DNA of 32,000 nt from Nitrosopumilaceae archaeon (lineage in GTDB: Archaea > Thermoproteota > Nitrososphaeria > Nitrososphaerales > Nitrosopumilaceae): NCBI GenBank assembly GCA_035528495.1, contig DATKYM010000100.1, positions 72,784 to 104,783 of the forward strand, read 5' to 3'. Every line of letters starts with the position of its first letter. Position 1 is the first letter of the stretch. Below, piece after piece: positions 1 to 9,142 of the stretch. A program made the translations under genes and the position numbers. The notes below the pieces were generated by a model, which was given only the letters and a program-made list of their open reading frames with translations, was not told where the DNA came from and did not search any database.

Positions 1-2660
1 TCAATTTCTTCTTTTGTTGCTTTCTTTCCTGAATCAATAAGAGTTTGTGATTCTATTAATCTAGTAACGTTAAATGCTTCACCATGATCACTTTTTGCCA
101 CATCAATTCCATCTTCTCCATACAAAAATTGAACAATGTGTCCATGTGGGTCTCTAACTGTTCCGTCATATTCTAATCTAATATGCTCAAGAGCATTAAT
201 CAATCGACGCTGCATGTATCCACTTTGTTGAGTTCTAACTGCAGTATCTACTAGTCCTTCTCTACCTCCCATCGCATGGAAGAAAAACTCTAGTGTAGAC
301 AGACCTTCTCTATAATTTGATTTTACAAATCCCTTTGCATCAGGATTTTTATCATGTTCTTGATAGTGTGGAAGGGCACGATTATGATAGCCAGAGTGTA
401 ATCTATTTCCCCTTCTTGATTGTTGTCCCAAAGCACCTGCCATCTGACCGATGTTTAGAGAAGAACCTCTGGCCCCGGTTGTTGCCATAATTCTTCCTGC
501 ATTAGTTTGATCTAAAGATTGATCAGCAGTGGTTCCGGCCTTATCTCTTGCCTTACCTAATTCGTTTACAATATAGGCCTCCAGAGCCTCTTCAGGTTTC
601 ATTCCTCGAGTTAGTTTTAGAGTTCCCTTTTCGTATTGAGAAGTTAAATCTGAAATTATATCATATGTTTCCTGAATGTTATCTAGAATTTGCTGTTTTT
701 CTTTTTCAGGAACTTCCAGATCTGCATAGCCATAACTAAATCCATAGGAAGTAATGTATTGTTTTACCATAATCAAGATTGAATTTAAAAATGATTTTCC
801 AGCAGCATTTCCATAATCTTTTGTAATTCTATGCAAAACACTCTCTGGTTCTTCAGCACCTATTGAGGCCTTGTCAATTACACCACTAATTAATTCACCT
901 TGTTTAATTACAACATCTTTTGGAGATCCGCCTGTTCCCTTTGACCATTTTGAAGTTATTACATAATTGAAGTCTTTAGGCAAGAATAATGAAAATAATT
1001 GTTTTCCAGTATAGGCAGCACCATCTTTTGTTTTAGCAGCAGGTTTTGGTAATGGTTCAGAATATCCACCAAGCATGGCAAGATTCGAGAATTCTTGAGG
1101 GGTTAAAACAGTATCATCTTTGGTTAGAAGATAAGCCCCAGTAACAAAATCTCTTAAAGCGCCGATGATTGGACCTCCATATCTTGGGGAAATTAGTTGA
1201 TCTTGAACTCTCATTAACAAAATTGCCTCAGCCCTGGCCTCTTCACTTTGAGGAACATGCAAGTTCATTTCATCACCATCAAAATCAGCATTATATGGTG
1301 GGCAAACTGATGGGTGTAATCTGAAAGTTCGTCCTGGCAAAACTCTAACATAATGCGCCATTATTGACATCTGATGCAAAGAGGGTTGTCGGTTAAACAT
1401 TACAATATCACCATTTGCCAGATGCCTCTCAATTAGATATCCAATTTCAAGAGTCTCAGCAATGATAGAACGGTCTTCAACAAAGTCAAGTCTAATCTTT
1501 ACACCATCTGGTCGAACGATATAATTTACACCAGGAAAATTACTTGGGCCATTAATTACAAGTTGTCTCATCCTTTCAATATTCCATTCAGTTACAATCT
1601 CAGGAATTGTTAATTTCATTGCAATTTGCTCAGGAACACCAACTTCCGATAAATCCAAGTTTGGATCAGGTGAGATTACTGTTCTGCTTGAAAAGTCTAC
1701 TCTCTTTCCAGATAAAGATCCTCTAAATCTTCCTTCTTTTCCTTTAAGTCTTTGAGTTAGTGTTTTTAGAGGTCTGCCAGAACGATGATGAGCTTGAGGA
1801 ATACCTGAAACTTCATTATCAAAATAAGTGGTTGCATGATATTGGAGTAGGTCCACTAAATCCTGAACAATTAAAGGAGGAGTTCCAGCTTCTTTACTTT
1901 CTTTAAGTCGTTGATTGACCCTGATTATATCTACCATTTTGTGCGTTAAATCATCTTCTGATCTAATTCCTGTTTCAAGGATAATAGATGGCCTAACTGT
2001 AACTGGTGCTACTGGCATTGCTTGTAGAATAAACCATTCAGGTCTTGCAGTTACTGGATCATAGGACAAAAGACTCAGATCAGCATCGGTGATTTGAGTA
2101 AATCTTTCTCTGATTGTAATTGGAAGTAATCTATGTTCACCTATCTCTGTTTTTTCTACAAAGATAGTTGGTTTGGTAAATATCAATTCATATTGTGTTT
2201 TTCCACAATGAGGACACTCTTTTGCTTTCTTTGCCTTTTCAATAACTTGTTCTGGAATACGTTTTTCTGAAAAAACAGTGTATGCCAAGTGTTTATCTTT
2301 AATTGCTTGTAATTCATCTAAATCTTCTTGAGGAACTCTTAGTCTTGCACAAGAGCGGCATGTAGATTGTAAGAGTTTATGGATATTATCAATAAATGCA
2401 ATATGTAAAATAGGTTCAGCAAGTTCTATATGCCCAAAGTGTCCGGGGCATCTTGCAGCAGTGTTTCCACAGGTTAGACATTTTTGTCCAGGTTCTAAAG
2501 TTCCTAATCTTCCATCCATTAATCCACCTTGAACAGGCATTCCATCTTCATCATATGTTTCAGGTGCAGTTATTTCGGAAACAGAATATTTTCTAATTTC
2601 AGTTGGAGACCAAACAGAAAATTTTATTCCGTCAATAGCTTTAATTGATTGAACCGACAT
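1..2660 (-). CDS. rpoA1: DNA-directed RNA polymerase subunit A/A' (largest subunit), truncated at window edge
   Basis: Manual reverse translation from ATG at 2660 (MSVQSIKAIDGIKFSVWSPTEIRKYSVSEITAPETYDEDG...). It contains C-x2-C...C-x2-H zinc motifs, the invariant NADFDGDEMN catalytic motif (FRLHPSVCPPYNADFDGDEMNLHVPQ) and ...REGLVDTAVRTQQSGYMQRRL. The frame stays open to base 1. Confidence 0.97.
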   Translation of the reverse strand, partial: MSVQSIKAIDGIKFSVWSPTEIRKYSVSEITAPETYDEDGMPVQGGLMDGRLGTLEPGQKCLTCGNTAARCPGHFGHIELAEPILHIAFIDNIHKLLQSTCRSCARLRVPQEDLDELQAIKDKHLAYTVFSEKRIPEQVIEKAKKAKECPHCGKTQYELIFTKPTIFVEKTEIGEHRLLPITIRERFTQITDADLSLLSYDPVTARPEWFILQAMPVAPVTVRPSIILETGIRSEDDLTHKMVDIIRVNQRLKESKEAGTPPLIVQDLVDLLQYHATTYFDNEVSGIPQAHHRSGRPLKTLTQRLKGKEGRFRGSLSGKRVDFSSRTVISPDPNLDLSEVGVPEQIAMKLTIPEIVTEWNIERMRQLVINGPSNFPGVNYIVRPDGVKIRLDFVEDRSIIAETLEIGYLIERHLANGDIVMFNRQPSLHQMSIMAHYVRVLPGRTFRLHPSVCPPYNADFDGDEMNLHVPQSEEARAEAILLMRVQDQLISPRYGGPIIGALRDFVTGAYLLTKDDTVLTPQEFSNLAMLGGYSEPLPKPAAKTKDGAAYTGKQLFSLFLPKDFNYVITSKWSKGTGGSPKDVVIKQGELISGVIDKASIGAEEPESVLHRITKDYGNAAGKSFLNSILIMVKQYITSYGFSYGYADLEVPEKEKQQILDNIQETYDIISDLTSQYEKGTLKLTRGMKPEEALEAYIVNELGKARDKAGTTADQSLDQTNAGRIMATTGARGSSLNIGQMAGALGQQSRRGNRLHSGYHNRALPHYQEHDKNPDAKGFVKSNYREGLSTLEFFFHAMGGREGLVDTAVRTQQSGYMQRRLINALEHIRLEYDGTVRDPHGHIVQFLYGEDGIDVAKSDHGEAFNVTRLIESQTLIDSGKKATKEEI

Positions 2661-5600
2661 TAGACTTTCTCCTTTATCAACAATCTGGGGGCTATATTCA
2701 AACTTTGCATTTCTTGTAACAATAATTTGAAAGCATATGCTACAGTAACCGATGATACTTTGGCTTTATCACCACAAACTCTACAAATATATTTTCTTTG
2801 TTTAACATCATGATAAGCTACTAAACCACATCTTTCACAAACAAAGATATCTGATTTATCGGATTCATCTAACAGTCTATCTTTTAGAATCATAGATGCA
2901 CCATAGGCAATAAGGCAATCTCTCTCCATTTCACCAAATCTTAAACCTCCACCCCTTGCTCGTCCCTCAGTTGGTTGTTTAGTTAACATTTGGACTTGAC
3001 CACGTGCTCTTGCGTGTATCTTATCTGCAACCATGTGATGTAATTTTTGATAATAAACTACTCCAATAAACACTTCAACTGGAAATGGTTTTCCAGTTCT
3101 TCCATCATACATTATTTCTTTTCCAGAATATTTGAAACCTACTGCATCCAAAACTGGTTTAACTTCTTCTAATTTTTCACCGACAAATGCAGAACCATCA
3201 AACTGGCTCCCTCTAAAAGCACCTGCTTTGCCGCAAATTGATTCCATCATCATTCCAACAGTCATTCTAGATGGAAATGCATGAGGATTGATAAGAACAT
3301 CAGGAGAAATTCCTTCTGCAGTATATGGTAAGTCTTCTGCTTTGGCTAAAATTCCAAGGACACCTTTTTGTCCGTGTCTTGATGCAAATTTATCTCCAAT
3401 CTCTGGGACTCGCATATCCCTTGCCCTAATTTTATACATTTTTCCTCCTTCGTTGGATTGCGTCATCACTACAGTATCAATAACTCCAGTTTCAGATGGT
3501 CTTACACCGATTGAAGTATCACGTCGATAAGGGCCAGTTGATTCGAATTCTCTATATTCTTCCATAAATCTTGGAGGACTAGTTTTTCCAATCAAGATAT
3601 CGCCGCCCTTTACAAGTGATTCAGAAGCGACGACTCCATCGTCTTCAAGAAGTCGATAGGCTTTTTCGCCTTTGTAACCTCGGATATTATCTTCAGCATT
3701 TGGGATTTCAAAATTATCACGCATTCCACCAGGATATTGTTTTGCCTCTGCATCATAAACTCTAAAGAAAAATGTCCTGCCAAGACCCCTATCAACTGAA
3801 GATTGACTCAAAACTATAGCATCCTCGATGTTATAACCGTCAAAAGGTAAAACAGCAACAACACAGTTTTGACCTGCTGGTCTATCTTCTAATCCAAGTA
3901 ATTTCATGGCTTTTGTATTTACCATAGGAGTTTGTGGATAAAGCATCAAATGTTGTCTGACATACGTACTTGTGTTCATCATTGGTGTTGAAAATCCTAA
4001 ACTCTGTTTTGCCATTGCAGATTCATATGTATTTCTTGGAGATTGATTGTGCTCAGGATATGGAATGATTGATGCTCCTGCACCTAGAATGGATGGTGGA
4101 AATACTTCTAGGTGAGTATGTTTCTTGACATCTTTATCGTCTAATGTAATGTAACAATTTTCCTCTTCATTAGCATCAATTAATTCAAGTACCCCCATTC
4201 TTAATAGATCATTCCAAGAAAGTAATTTTTTTGTTACCTTATCTAAGAGCTCCTGAGTTAGTAACGATTTATTATCTTTGATAATTATTAAAGGCCTTAA
4301 AACTCGTCCAGCATTGCAATTAACATAGAGTCTCTTAGTAGCACCCTCTGTGTCTGATTGATGGAATGAAATTCCCACATGAGGATGAACTTTTGAGTTT
4401 CTTCGTAAATCTCTAAGCGACTCTGCTAATTCTCCACCATCTTTGAAATATCCAATAAGACGACCATCAACAAATATTCTAGTTCCATCTTTTTTCAAAT
4501 CATCTTTTGCATCAAAGAAATGTACAGTACCTAAATCATATAGTTTTTCAATAATTTCTTCAGATGGGATGTTCACTGAGATAATTCCTGAAAGTGCAAG
4601 ATTTTTTACCAGACCACAATTAGAACCTTCAGGAGTTTCGCTTGGGCAAATTCTTCCAAAGTGTGTAGCATGCAAGTCTCTGGCTTCAAAGTTTGGTTGT
4701 GTTCTACTTAGAGGGGATTGTATTCTTCTTAGGTGGCTAATGGTGGAGAGATAGTTTGTTCTATCAAGAAGTTGAGTCACACCAACTCGTCCTCGCCCCC
4801 AATTCCCAGTTGCAATCGCATTGTTTAACTTATCACTAATTATTCCAGGACGAATTGCAGCAGCTACTGCATTTATTCCCCTTTTCTGACCGGATCTCTC
4901 TAATTGGTATTTCATATCTCTAACTAAATTTCTAAAAGCTGTTCTGAAAAGATCAGCTAACATTTGTCCTGCAAATTTAATCACTTTATTTCCATAATGA
5001 TCTTTGTCATCAGGGTAAATCCATCCTAGTTTTAATTCAAGTAGTTTACATGCCGCCTCCCCCAAAAATTGTGCTTTTTCTTTTCTGTTTTCAGGATGTT
5101 TTCCTAAGTGAGGTAAAAGCCCCCAATCTAAAAGAGTCTCCGCACGTTTAATCTGAAACTCCTCTAACATTCCTGGAGCAATTCTTTTACTGATGTAAAC
5201 AATCGAATCCTTAGAAGTAGGAACATCAGCAGCTTTTTCAAATGATCCTTCCAATTCATCTTGAACTTCTTCAACAAGGGAGACTGCTGCAGCTGTTTCT
5301 ATATCTGATTCTAATCCAAGTGCTCTCATCAAAATTACAACAGGAATATCTACAGGTGAGCCAGGGATTCTAGCTACGATGAGTCCATCATTTTTCATAA
5401 CTAATTCTAATTTTGCACGATAGCCAACAATTGATGAATAGACTTTAGCTTTGAAGACAATGTTTCCTCCAAGGGTTTCTCTATCGACAATTATTTTGTT
5501 GTACGAAAGATCTTCTAATCCTACTATTACTCTTTCAGATCCATTGATGATAAAATAGCCACCAGGATCATTAGGATCTTCTCCATGTTCAATTAATTTT

Positions 5601-6007
5601 TGCGATGAAAAATTATTCAAAACACATGCATTTGATTTAGCCATTACAGGAACATCACCAATGTGCACAAATCTAGATTCTAAGATTTTTCCATCTTCTA
5701 TTACACTGGCCTCCATCATAACAGGAGCTGCATATGAAACATTTCGAAGTCTTGCCTCAGCGGGAGTAATGTGAGTTATGGAACCATCAAGCTCCATCAT
5801 TCTTGGTTGTTGAAGTTTTACTTTACCTAATTGAATTCTGTAAGGGTATTCGGCATTTTCAATTTCTATTTGTCCTACTTCATTAATTATACTTTGAAGA
5901 CCTCTTTCCAAGAATTCGTCAAATGAATTAAGATGTTGTCTGGCAATTCCCTCTCTCTTTAAAATATCCTGAATAATAGGCCAACGTTTAGTTGAAGGGT
6001 CTGCCAT
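2660..6007 (-). CDS. rpoB: DNA-directed RNA polymerase subunit B (unsplit, 1115 aa)
   Basis: ORF track protein has RpoB hallmarks: GRICPSETPEGSNCGLVKNLA, GYNIEDAIVLSQSSVDRGLGRTFFF, GDKFASRHGQKGV, GGLRFGEMERDCLIAYGA and a C-terminal Cys4 zinc motif. Its stop overlaps the rpoA start (TAATG). Confidence 0.98.
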   Translation of the reverse strand: MADPSTKRWPIIQDILKREGIARQHLNSFDEFLERGLQSIINEVGQIEIENAEYPYRIQLGKVKLQQPRMMELDGSITHITPAEARLRNVSYAAPVMMEASVIEDGKILESRFVHIGDVPVMAKSNACVLNNFSSQKLIEHGEDPNDPGGYFIINGSERVIVGLEDLSYNKIIVDRETLGGNIVFKAKVYSSIVGYRAKLELVMKNDGLIVARIPGSPVDIPVVILMRALGLESDIETAAAVSLVEEVQDELEGSFEKAADVPTSKDSIVYISKRIAPGMLEEFQIKRAETLLDWGLLPHLGKHPENRKEKAQFLGEAACKLLELKLGWIYPDDKDHYGNKVIKFAGQMLADLFRTAFRNLVRDMKYQLERSGQKRGINAVAAAIRPGIISDKLNNAIATGNWGRGRVGVTQLLDRTNYLSTISHLRRIQSPLSRTQPNFEARDLHATHFGRICPSETPEGSNCGLVKNLALSGIISVNIPSEEIIEKLYDLGTVHFFDAKDDLKKDGTRIFVDGRLIGYFKDGGELAESLRDLRRNSKVHPHVGISFHQSDTEGATKRLYVNCNAGRVLRPLIIIKDNKSLLTQELLDKVTKKLLSWNDLLRMGVLELIDANEEENCYITLDDKDVKKHTHLEVFPPSILGAGASIIPYPEHNQSPRNTYESAMAKQSLGFSTPMMNTSTYVRQHLMLYPQTPMVNTKAMKLLGLEDRPAGQNCVVAVLPFDGYNIEDAIVLSQSSVDRGLGRTFFFRVYDAEAKQYPGGMRDNFEIPNAEDNIRGYKGEKAYRLLEDDGVVASESLVKGGDILIGKTSPPRFMEEYREFESTGPYRRDTSIGVRPSETGVIDTVVMTQSNEGGKMYKIRARDMRVPEIGDKFASRHGQKGVLGILAKAEDLPYTAEGISPDVLINPHAFPSRMTVGMMMESICGKAGAFRGSQFDGSAFVGEKLEEVKPVLDAVGFKYSGKEIMYDGRTGKPFPVEVFIGVVYYQKLHHMVADKIHARARGQVQMLTKQPTEGRARGGGLRFGEMERDCLIAYGASMILKDRLLDESDKSDIFVCERCGLVAYHDVKQRKYICRVCGDKAKVSSVTVAYAFKLLLQEMQSLNIAPRLLIKEKV

Positions 6008-6259
6008 CTAAATTTCCACCACATACCTATAGTAAAGACTCTTACCGGCAGTTGGACTTTTTCTAGTAATTTTTATCATATCTCCCGGTTTCACACCAAG
6101 TCCCATTATTGCAGGATCGTTTACAAAAATAAATGGTAATTCCGTTGGTTTGCAATTATATTTTTTTAAAATCTCTTCGGCCTCTTTTCTAGACATAATT
6201 TCATGAAGTGGAACATAAACATGGTCTGGTACGAGAACTTGATTTTTTTTAATTGCCAC
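6008..6259 (-). CDS. rpoH: DNA-directed RNA polymerase subunit H (Rpb5 C-terminal-like)
   Basis: 83 aa with VPDHVYVPLHEIMSRKEAEEILKKY...LPFIFVNDPAIMGLGVKPGDMIKITRKSPTAGKSLYYRYVV. It sits directly upstream of rpoB. Confidence 0.95.
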   Translation of the reverse strand: MAIKKNQVLVPDHVYVPLHEIMSRKEAEEILKKYNCKPTELPFIFVNDPAIMGLGVKPGDMIKITRKSPTAGKSLYYRYVVEI

Positions 6260-6428
6260 TTTTTAAACCTCCATCAACAACATCAGATGTAACGATAAAT
6301 AATACACACAAACTGTCAAAAATTCGCGCTGAGGTTAATATATATCTAATCTGATTTCCGTCAGTATTTTTTCTTTTTAGTCAATAAAATTTTTCACAAC
6401 GTTAAATAGTATAATTCGGGGCGTAAAA

Positions 6429-7241
6429 ATGATGAAAACTCATCTATCGGTGTTTGCCTTATTTGCGATCATGATTGCAAGTATTGGAATGGCACCCGCA
6501 TTTGGACAAATAGTGCAACCAATCGTTGTTTCTACTGATAAAGACGCCTATACAGAGGGTGAGACTATCATGGTAACAGGAGAAGTAAGTGAAATTCTTT
6601 TCGGATATGCTGTTAGTCTCATGACTATAGCTCCCAATGGCAATGTAGTTTCAATTGACCAATTAATGGTTGGTTCTGATAAAAAATTCAATACAGAATT
6701 GTCTGCAGGAGGATCGCTCATGAAGGCTGGTGGAGAATACACGATTCAAGTCCTTTATGGAACCGAAAATAGAACAGCAGAGACATCATTCTCATTCCCA
6801 GGATCTAGCGGTTCTGAATCCAACCTTGTACAAGTAGAGGGAACCGACTTTATGATAGGATTTACAATCACAGGTGGAAAACTACTCTCAATCACACCTG
6901 ACGTAAATGCAAATTCTCTCATCATAGCAATTGATGCATGGGATGATGGTCAACTAACCATTACCTTGCCAAGAGAATTGATCGATGCAAAAATTGGAGA
7001 AGATGATGATGATTACTTTGTCCTAGTTGACGGTGAAGAAGTTGACTTTGATGAAACAACCACATCCACAGATAGAACTCTAACAATCCCATTCACAGCA
7101 GGTGCTGAAGAGATTGAAATTATCGGTACACATGTAATTCCAGAATTTGGTGCAATTGCAGCTTTGATTTTAGCAGTAGCAATTATTTCAATAATTGCAG
7201 TTTCTGCAAAATCAAGACTAAGTATTATGCCAAGATACTAG
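6429..7241 (+). CDS. Secreted surface protein with Ig-like domain and PEFG-CTERM C-terminal sorting signal (paralogue 1)
   Basis: N-terminal signal peptide (MMKTHLSVFALFAIMIASIGMAPAFGQ), an Ig-like module (YTEGETIMVTGEV...), a second beta-rich module, and a C-terminus VIPEFGAIAALILAVAIISIIAVSAKSRLSIMPRY (PEFG motif, hydrophobic helix, basic end). Confidence 0.9.
   Translation: MMKTHLSVFALFAIMIASIGMAPAFGQIVQPIVVSTDKDAYTEGETIMVTGEVSEILFGYAVSLMTIAPNGNVVSIDQLMVGSDKKFNTELSAGGSLMKAGGEYTIQVLYGTENRTAETSFSFPGSSGSESNLVQVEGTDFMIGFTITGGKLLSITPDVNANSLIIAIDAWDDGQLTITLPRELIDAKIGEDDDDYFVLVDGEEVDFDETTTSTDRTLTIPFTAGAEEIEIIGTHVIPEFGAIAALILAVAIISIIAVSAKSRLSIMPRY
7140..7241 (+). repeat. Direct repeat copy 1: 102-nt coding tail with one mismatch to copies 2 and 3
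   Basis: ccagaatttgg(t/c)gcaattgcagctttgattttagcagtagcaattatttcaataattgcagtttctgcaaaatcaagactaagtattatgccaagatactag. Versus copy 3, identity also extends past the stop. Confidence 0.95.
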
Positions 7242-7270
7242 ACCTACAACTTTTTTTCATTTTTTAAATA
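7242..7270 (+). terminator. Poly-T archaeal-type terminator, partly overlapping the next promoter region
   Basis: The sequence after the stop is acctacaactttttttcattttttaaata. The poly-T tracts recur after the next two paralogues. Confidence 0.5.
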
Positions 7271-7271
7271 T

Positions 7272-7280
7272 CTATAAATA
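7272..7280 (+). promoter_or_regulatory. Putative TATA box of paralogue 2
   Basis: ctataaata ending 25 nt before the ATG at 7306, the spacing expected for a leaderless or near-leaderless archaeal transcript. Confidence 0.5.
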
Positions 7281-7305
7281 CCAAGATATATGGTATTGAA
7301 TCAGG

Positions 7306-8160
7306 ATGAATTTGAAAGATTCGACAACATCAATTGTGTTAGGTGTAATGGTATTCTCACTAATAACAATAAGTTCAATTCAACAAGATGTTTTTGCCGA
7401 TATGATGGGAATGTCTTTAACAGCAAAGGCAGCAGAAGGATCAGACACCATCTTAGTTCGCGGTCAAACATCTTCACAGGTTACAGATCTAACATTAACT
7501 GTAATTTCTCCTGATGGATTTAATAGATTGGCAGTTGCACAATTAACTCCCGATTCCGAGGGAAACTATTCTACAGAATTCAAAATAAGTCCCCTTTGGA
7601 AACAAAATGGTTTCTACACAATAACTGGAATGCAAAGTGTAAATAAAAATTCGTTGTACACAATGCAGGTAGAGGTAGAAGTGATTAATGGAATGGCAAT
7701 GGAAACAATGACAACAGAATCAAATTTGGTAACTGGTCTTTTAATGCCAAAAGAATCACAGATTTTCACAGGATTTACCCTAAGGGCTAATGCCATGGAA
7801 GGCTCTACCATCATAGGAATAACTGGACAATCAGATAGAACCAACTTGGATGTAATTTTGAAGGTTATTGCACCAAATGGAAACGTAGTATCTGTTAGTC
7901 AAATTACACCAAATTTAGATGGTAAATTTGCTAAAGACATTACAACAGGCGGTCCGTTATGGACTCAAGATGGTGATTATACAGTATCAGCTCATCAAGG
8001 AGATTTAGCCGATCATAATGCTTCTATAGTGGTAGGGATTATTGATGGTGTAGTTATACCAGAATTTGGCGCAATTGCAGCTTTGATTTTAGCAGTAGCA
8101 ATTATTTCAATAATTGCAGTTTCTGCAAAATCAAGACTAAGTATTATGCCAAGATACTAG
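7306..8160 (+). CDS. Secreted surface protein with two Ig-like modules and PEFG-CTERM tail (paralogue 2)
   Basis: Signal peptide-like N-terminus, two Ig-like repeats (AAEGSDTILVRGQTS... and AMEGSTIIGITGQS...), and a C-terminal tail identical to paralogue 1. Confidence 0.88.
   Translation: MNLKDSTTSIVLGVMVFSLITISSIQQDVFADMMGMSLTAKAAEGSDTILVRGQTSSQVTDLTLTVISPDGFNRLAVAQLTPDSEGNYSTEFKISPLWKQNGFYTITGMQSVNKNSLYTMQVEVEVINGMAMETMTTESNLVTGLLMPKESQIFTGFTLRANAMEGSTIIGITGQSDRTNLDVILKVIAPNGNVVSVSQITPNLDGKFAKDITTGGPLWTQDGDYTVSAHQGDLADHNASIVVGIIDGVVIPEFGAIAALILAVAIISIIAVSAKSRLSIMPRY
8059..8160 (+). repeat. Direct repeat copy 2: 102-nt coding tail
   Basis: By eye, identical to 8980-9081 over all 102 nt, including the stop codon. 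Confidence 0.95.
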
Positions 8161-8190
8161 ATCTATTACTTTTTTCATTTTTTAAATATA
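8161..8190 (+). terminator. Poly-T archaeal-type terminator
   Basis: atctattacttttttcattttttaaatata directly after the stop of paralogue 2. Confidence 0.5.
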
Positions 8191-8198
8191 CATAAATA
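8191..8198 (+). promoter_or_regulatory. Putative TATA box of paralogue 3
   Basis: cataaata ending 25 nt before the ATG at 8224. Same element and spacing as at 7272-7280. Confidence 0.5.
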
Positions 8199-8223
8199 GA
8201 GATTCTTGTGAATCGCATACAAG

Positions 8224-9081
8224 ATGAACAACCGTACGACGTTCGCGCTACTAGCCTTTTTGACTGCAGTCAGCACGTTAACTATGTCATCGGCATATGC
8301 TCAACTAGCCTGTCCTGATTGTGGATTAGATGATCCTAGAATAATTGCAAAGCAGTTATTACTTGACGATATTCCAATTTCAATTTGGACGGATAAATCA
8401 ACATATGACCATAATGACACGATTATCGTAGAAGGGCGCGTAGCAAATGTAGTTTCTGGGGTTCCAGTAACACTTACTGTAACGAGTTCCCTACATTCCA
8501 TCATCACAGTTGACCAAATCGTCGTTGATAATATGGGAAATTTTGCAACAATACTCAGTACAGAAGGTGCTCTTTGGAAACATGATGGAAGGTATATCAT
8601 TAAAGCTAATTATGGTAGTGCTGAAAAAAATAGTAGAGTACTAGTAGAGTTAGTTAATGGAGTAGTTTCTGAATCAATAAGTAAAACATGTGGTCAATCA
8701 GAACTTGATGTAATAGGCAATTGTGTGCCATTTAGTATTTCAGGTGGAACTGTAAATCGTGTAAATGTCAATACCAACGATAATTCTATCATCCTGATGA
8801 TCAGCGCAAATGTAGATGGAACGATTACATTAAGCCCATCTAAAGATGTCCTTGAAGGTCCCTTTATGGTACTTGTGGATGATGAACAATGGGATGATGC
8901 TGAAATCAATGGAAACGAAATCACAGTGATGTTCCTAGCAGGTGCTGAAAAGATTGAAATTTTCGGAACACATGTAATTCCAGAATTTGGCGCAATTGCA
9001 GCTTTGATTTTAGCAGTAGCAATTATTTCAATAATTGCAGTTTCTGCAAAATCAAGACTAAGTATTATGCCAAGATACTAG
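8224..9081 (+). CDS. Secreted surface protein with Ig-like module and PEFG-CTERM tail (paralogue 3)
   Basis: Signal peptide (MNNRTTFALLAFLTAVSTLTMSSAYAQ), Ig-like module (YDHNDTIIVEGRVANV...), second beta module, and a tail THVIPEFGAIAALILAVAIISIIAVSAKSRLSIMPRY. Confidence 0.88.
   Translation: MNNRTTFALLAFLTAVSTLTMSSAYAQLACPDCGLDDPRIIAKQLLLDDIPISIWTDKSTYDHNDTIIVEGRVANVVSGVPVTLTVTSSLHSIITVDQIVVDNMGNFATILSTEGALWKHDGRYIIKANYGSAEKNSRVLVELVNGVVSESISKTCGQSELDVIGNCVPFSISGGTVNRVNVNTNDNSIILMISANVDGTITLSPSKDVLEGPFMVLVDDEQWDDAEINGNEITVMFLAGAEKIEIFGTHVIPEFGAIAALILAVAIISIIAVSAKSRLSIMPRY
8980..9081 (+). repeat. Direct repeat copy 3: 102-nt coding tail
   Basis: Identical to 8059-8160. In addition 8992-9106 is identical to 7152-7266, including the 3' flank. 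Confidence 0.95.
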
Positions 9082-9112
9082 ACCTACAACTTTTTTTCAT
9101 TTTTTATTTTTG
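9082..9112 (+). terminator. Poly-T archaeal-type terminator
   Basis: acctacaactttttttcattttttatttttg directly after the stop of paralogue 3. It is near-identical to the region after paralogue 1. Confidence 0.5.
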
Positions 9113-9142
9113 ATAGTAAAGGAGATATAGAAATAATATGAA

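Noticed and set aside
4443-4754. 103-aa plus-strand ORF
   Set aside because: Antisense inside rpoB, whose frame is unambiguous.
7290-7514. 74-aa plus-strand ORF overlapping the start of paralogue 2
   Set aside because: Alternative frame. The 7306 frame gives a signal peptide, Ig-like modules and a PEFG tail, while this frame gives nothing recognisable.
7101-9106. Possible CRISPR or mobile-element interpretation of the repeats
   Set aside because: The repeats are only three copies, about 0.9 kb apart, each ending in-frame at a stop codon of a paralogous gene. There are no uniform spacers, transposase or terminal inverted repeats.
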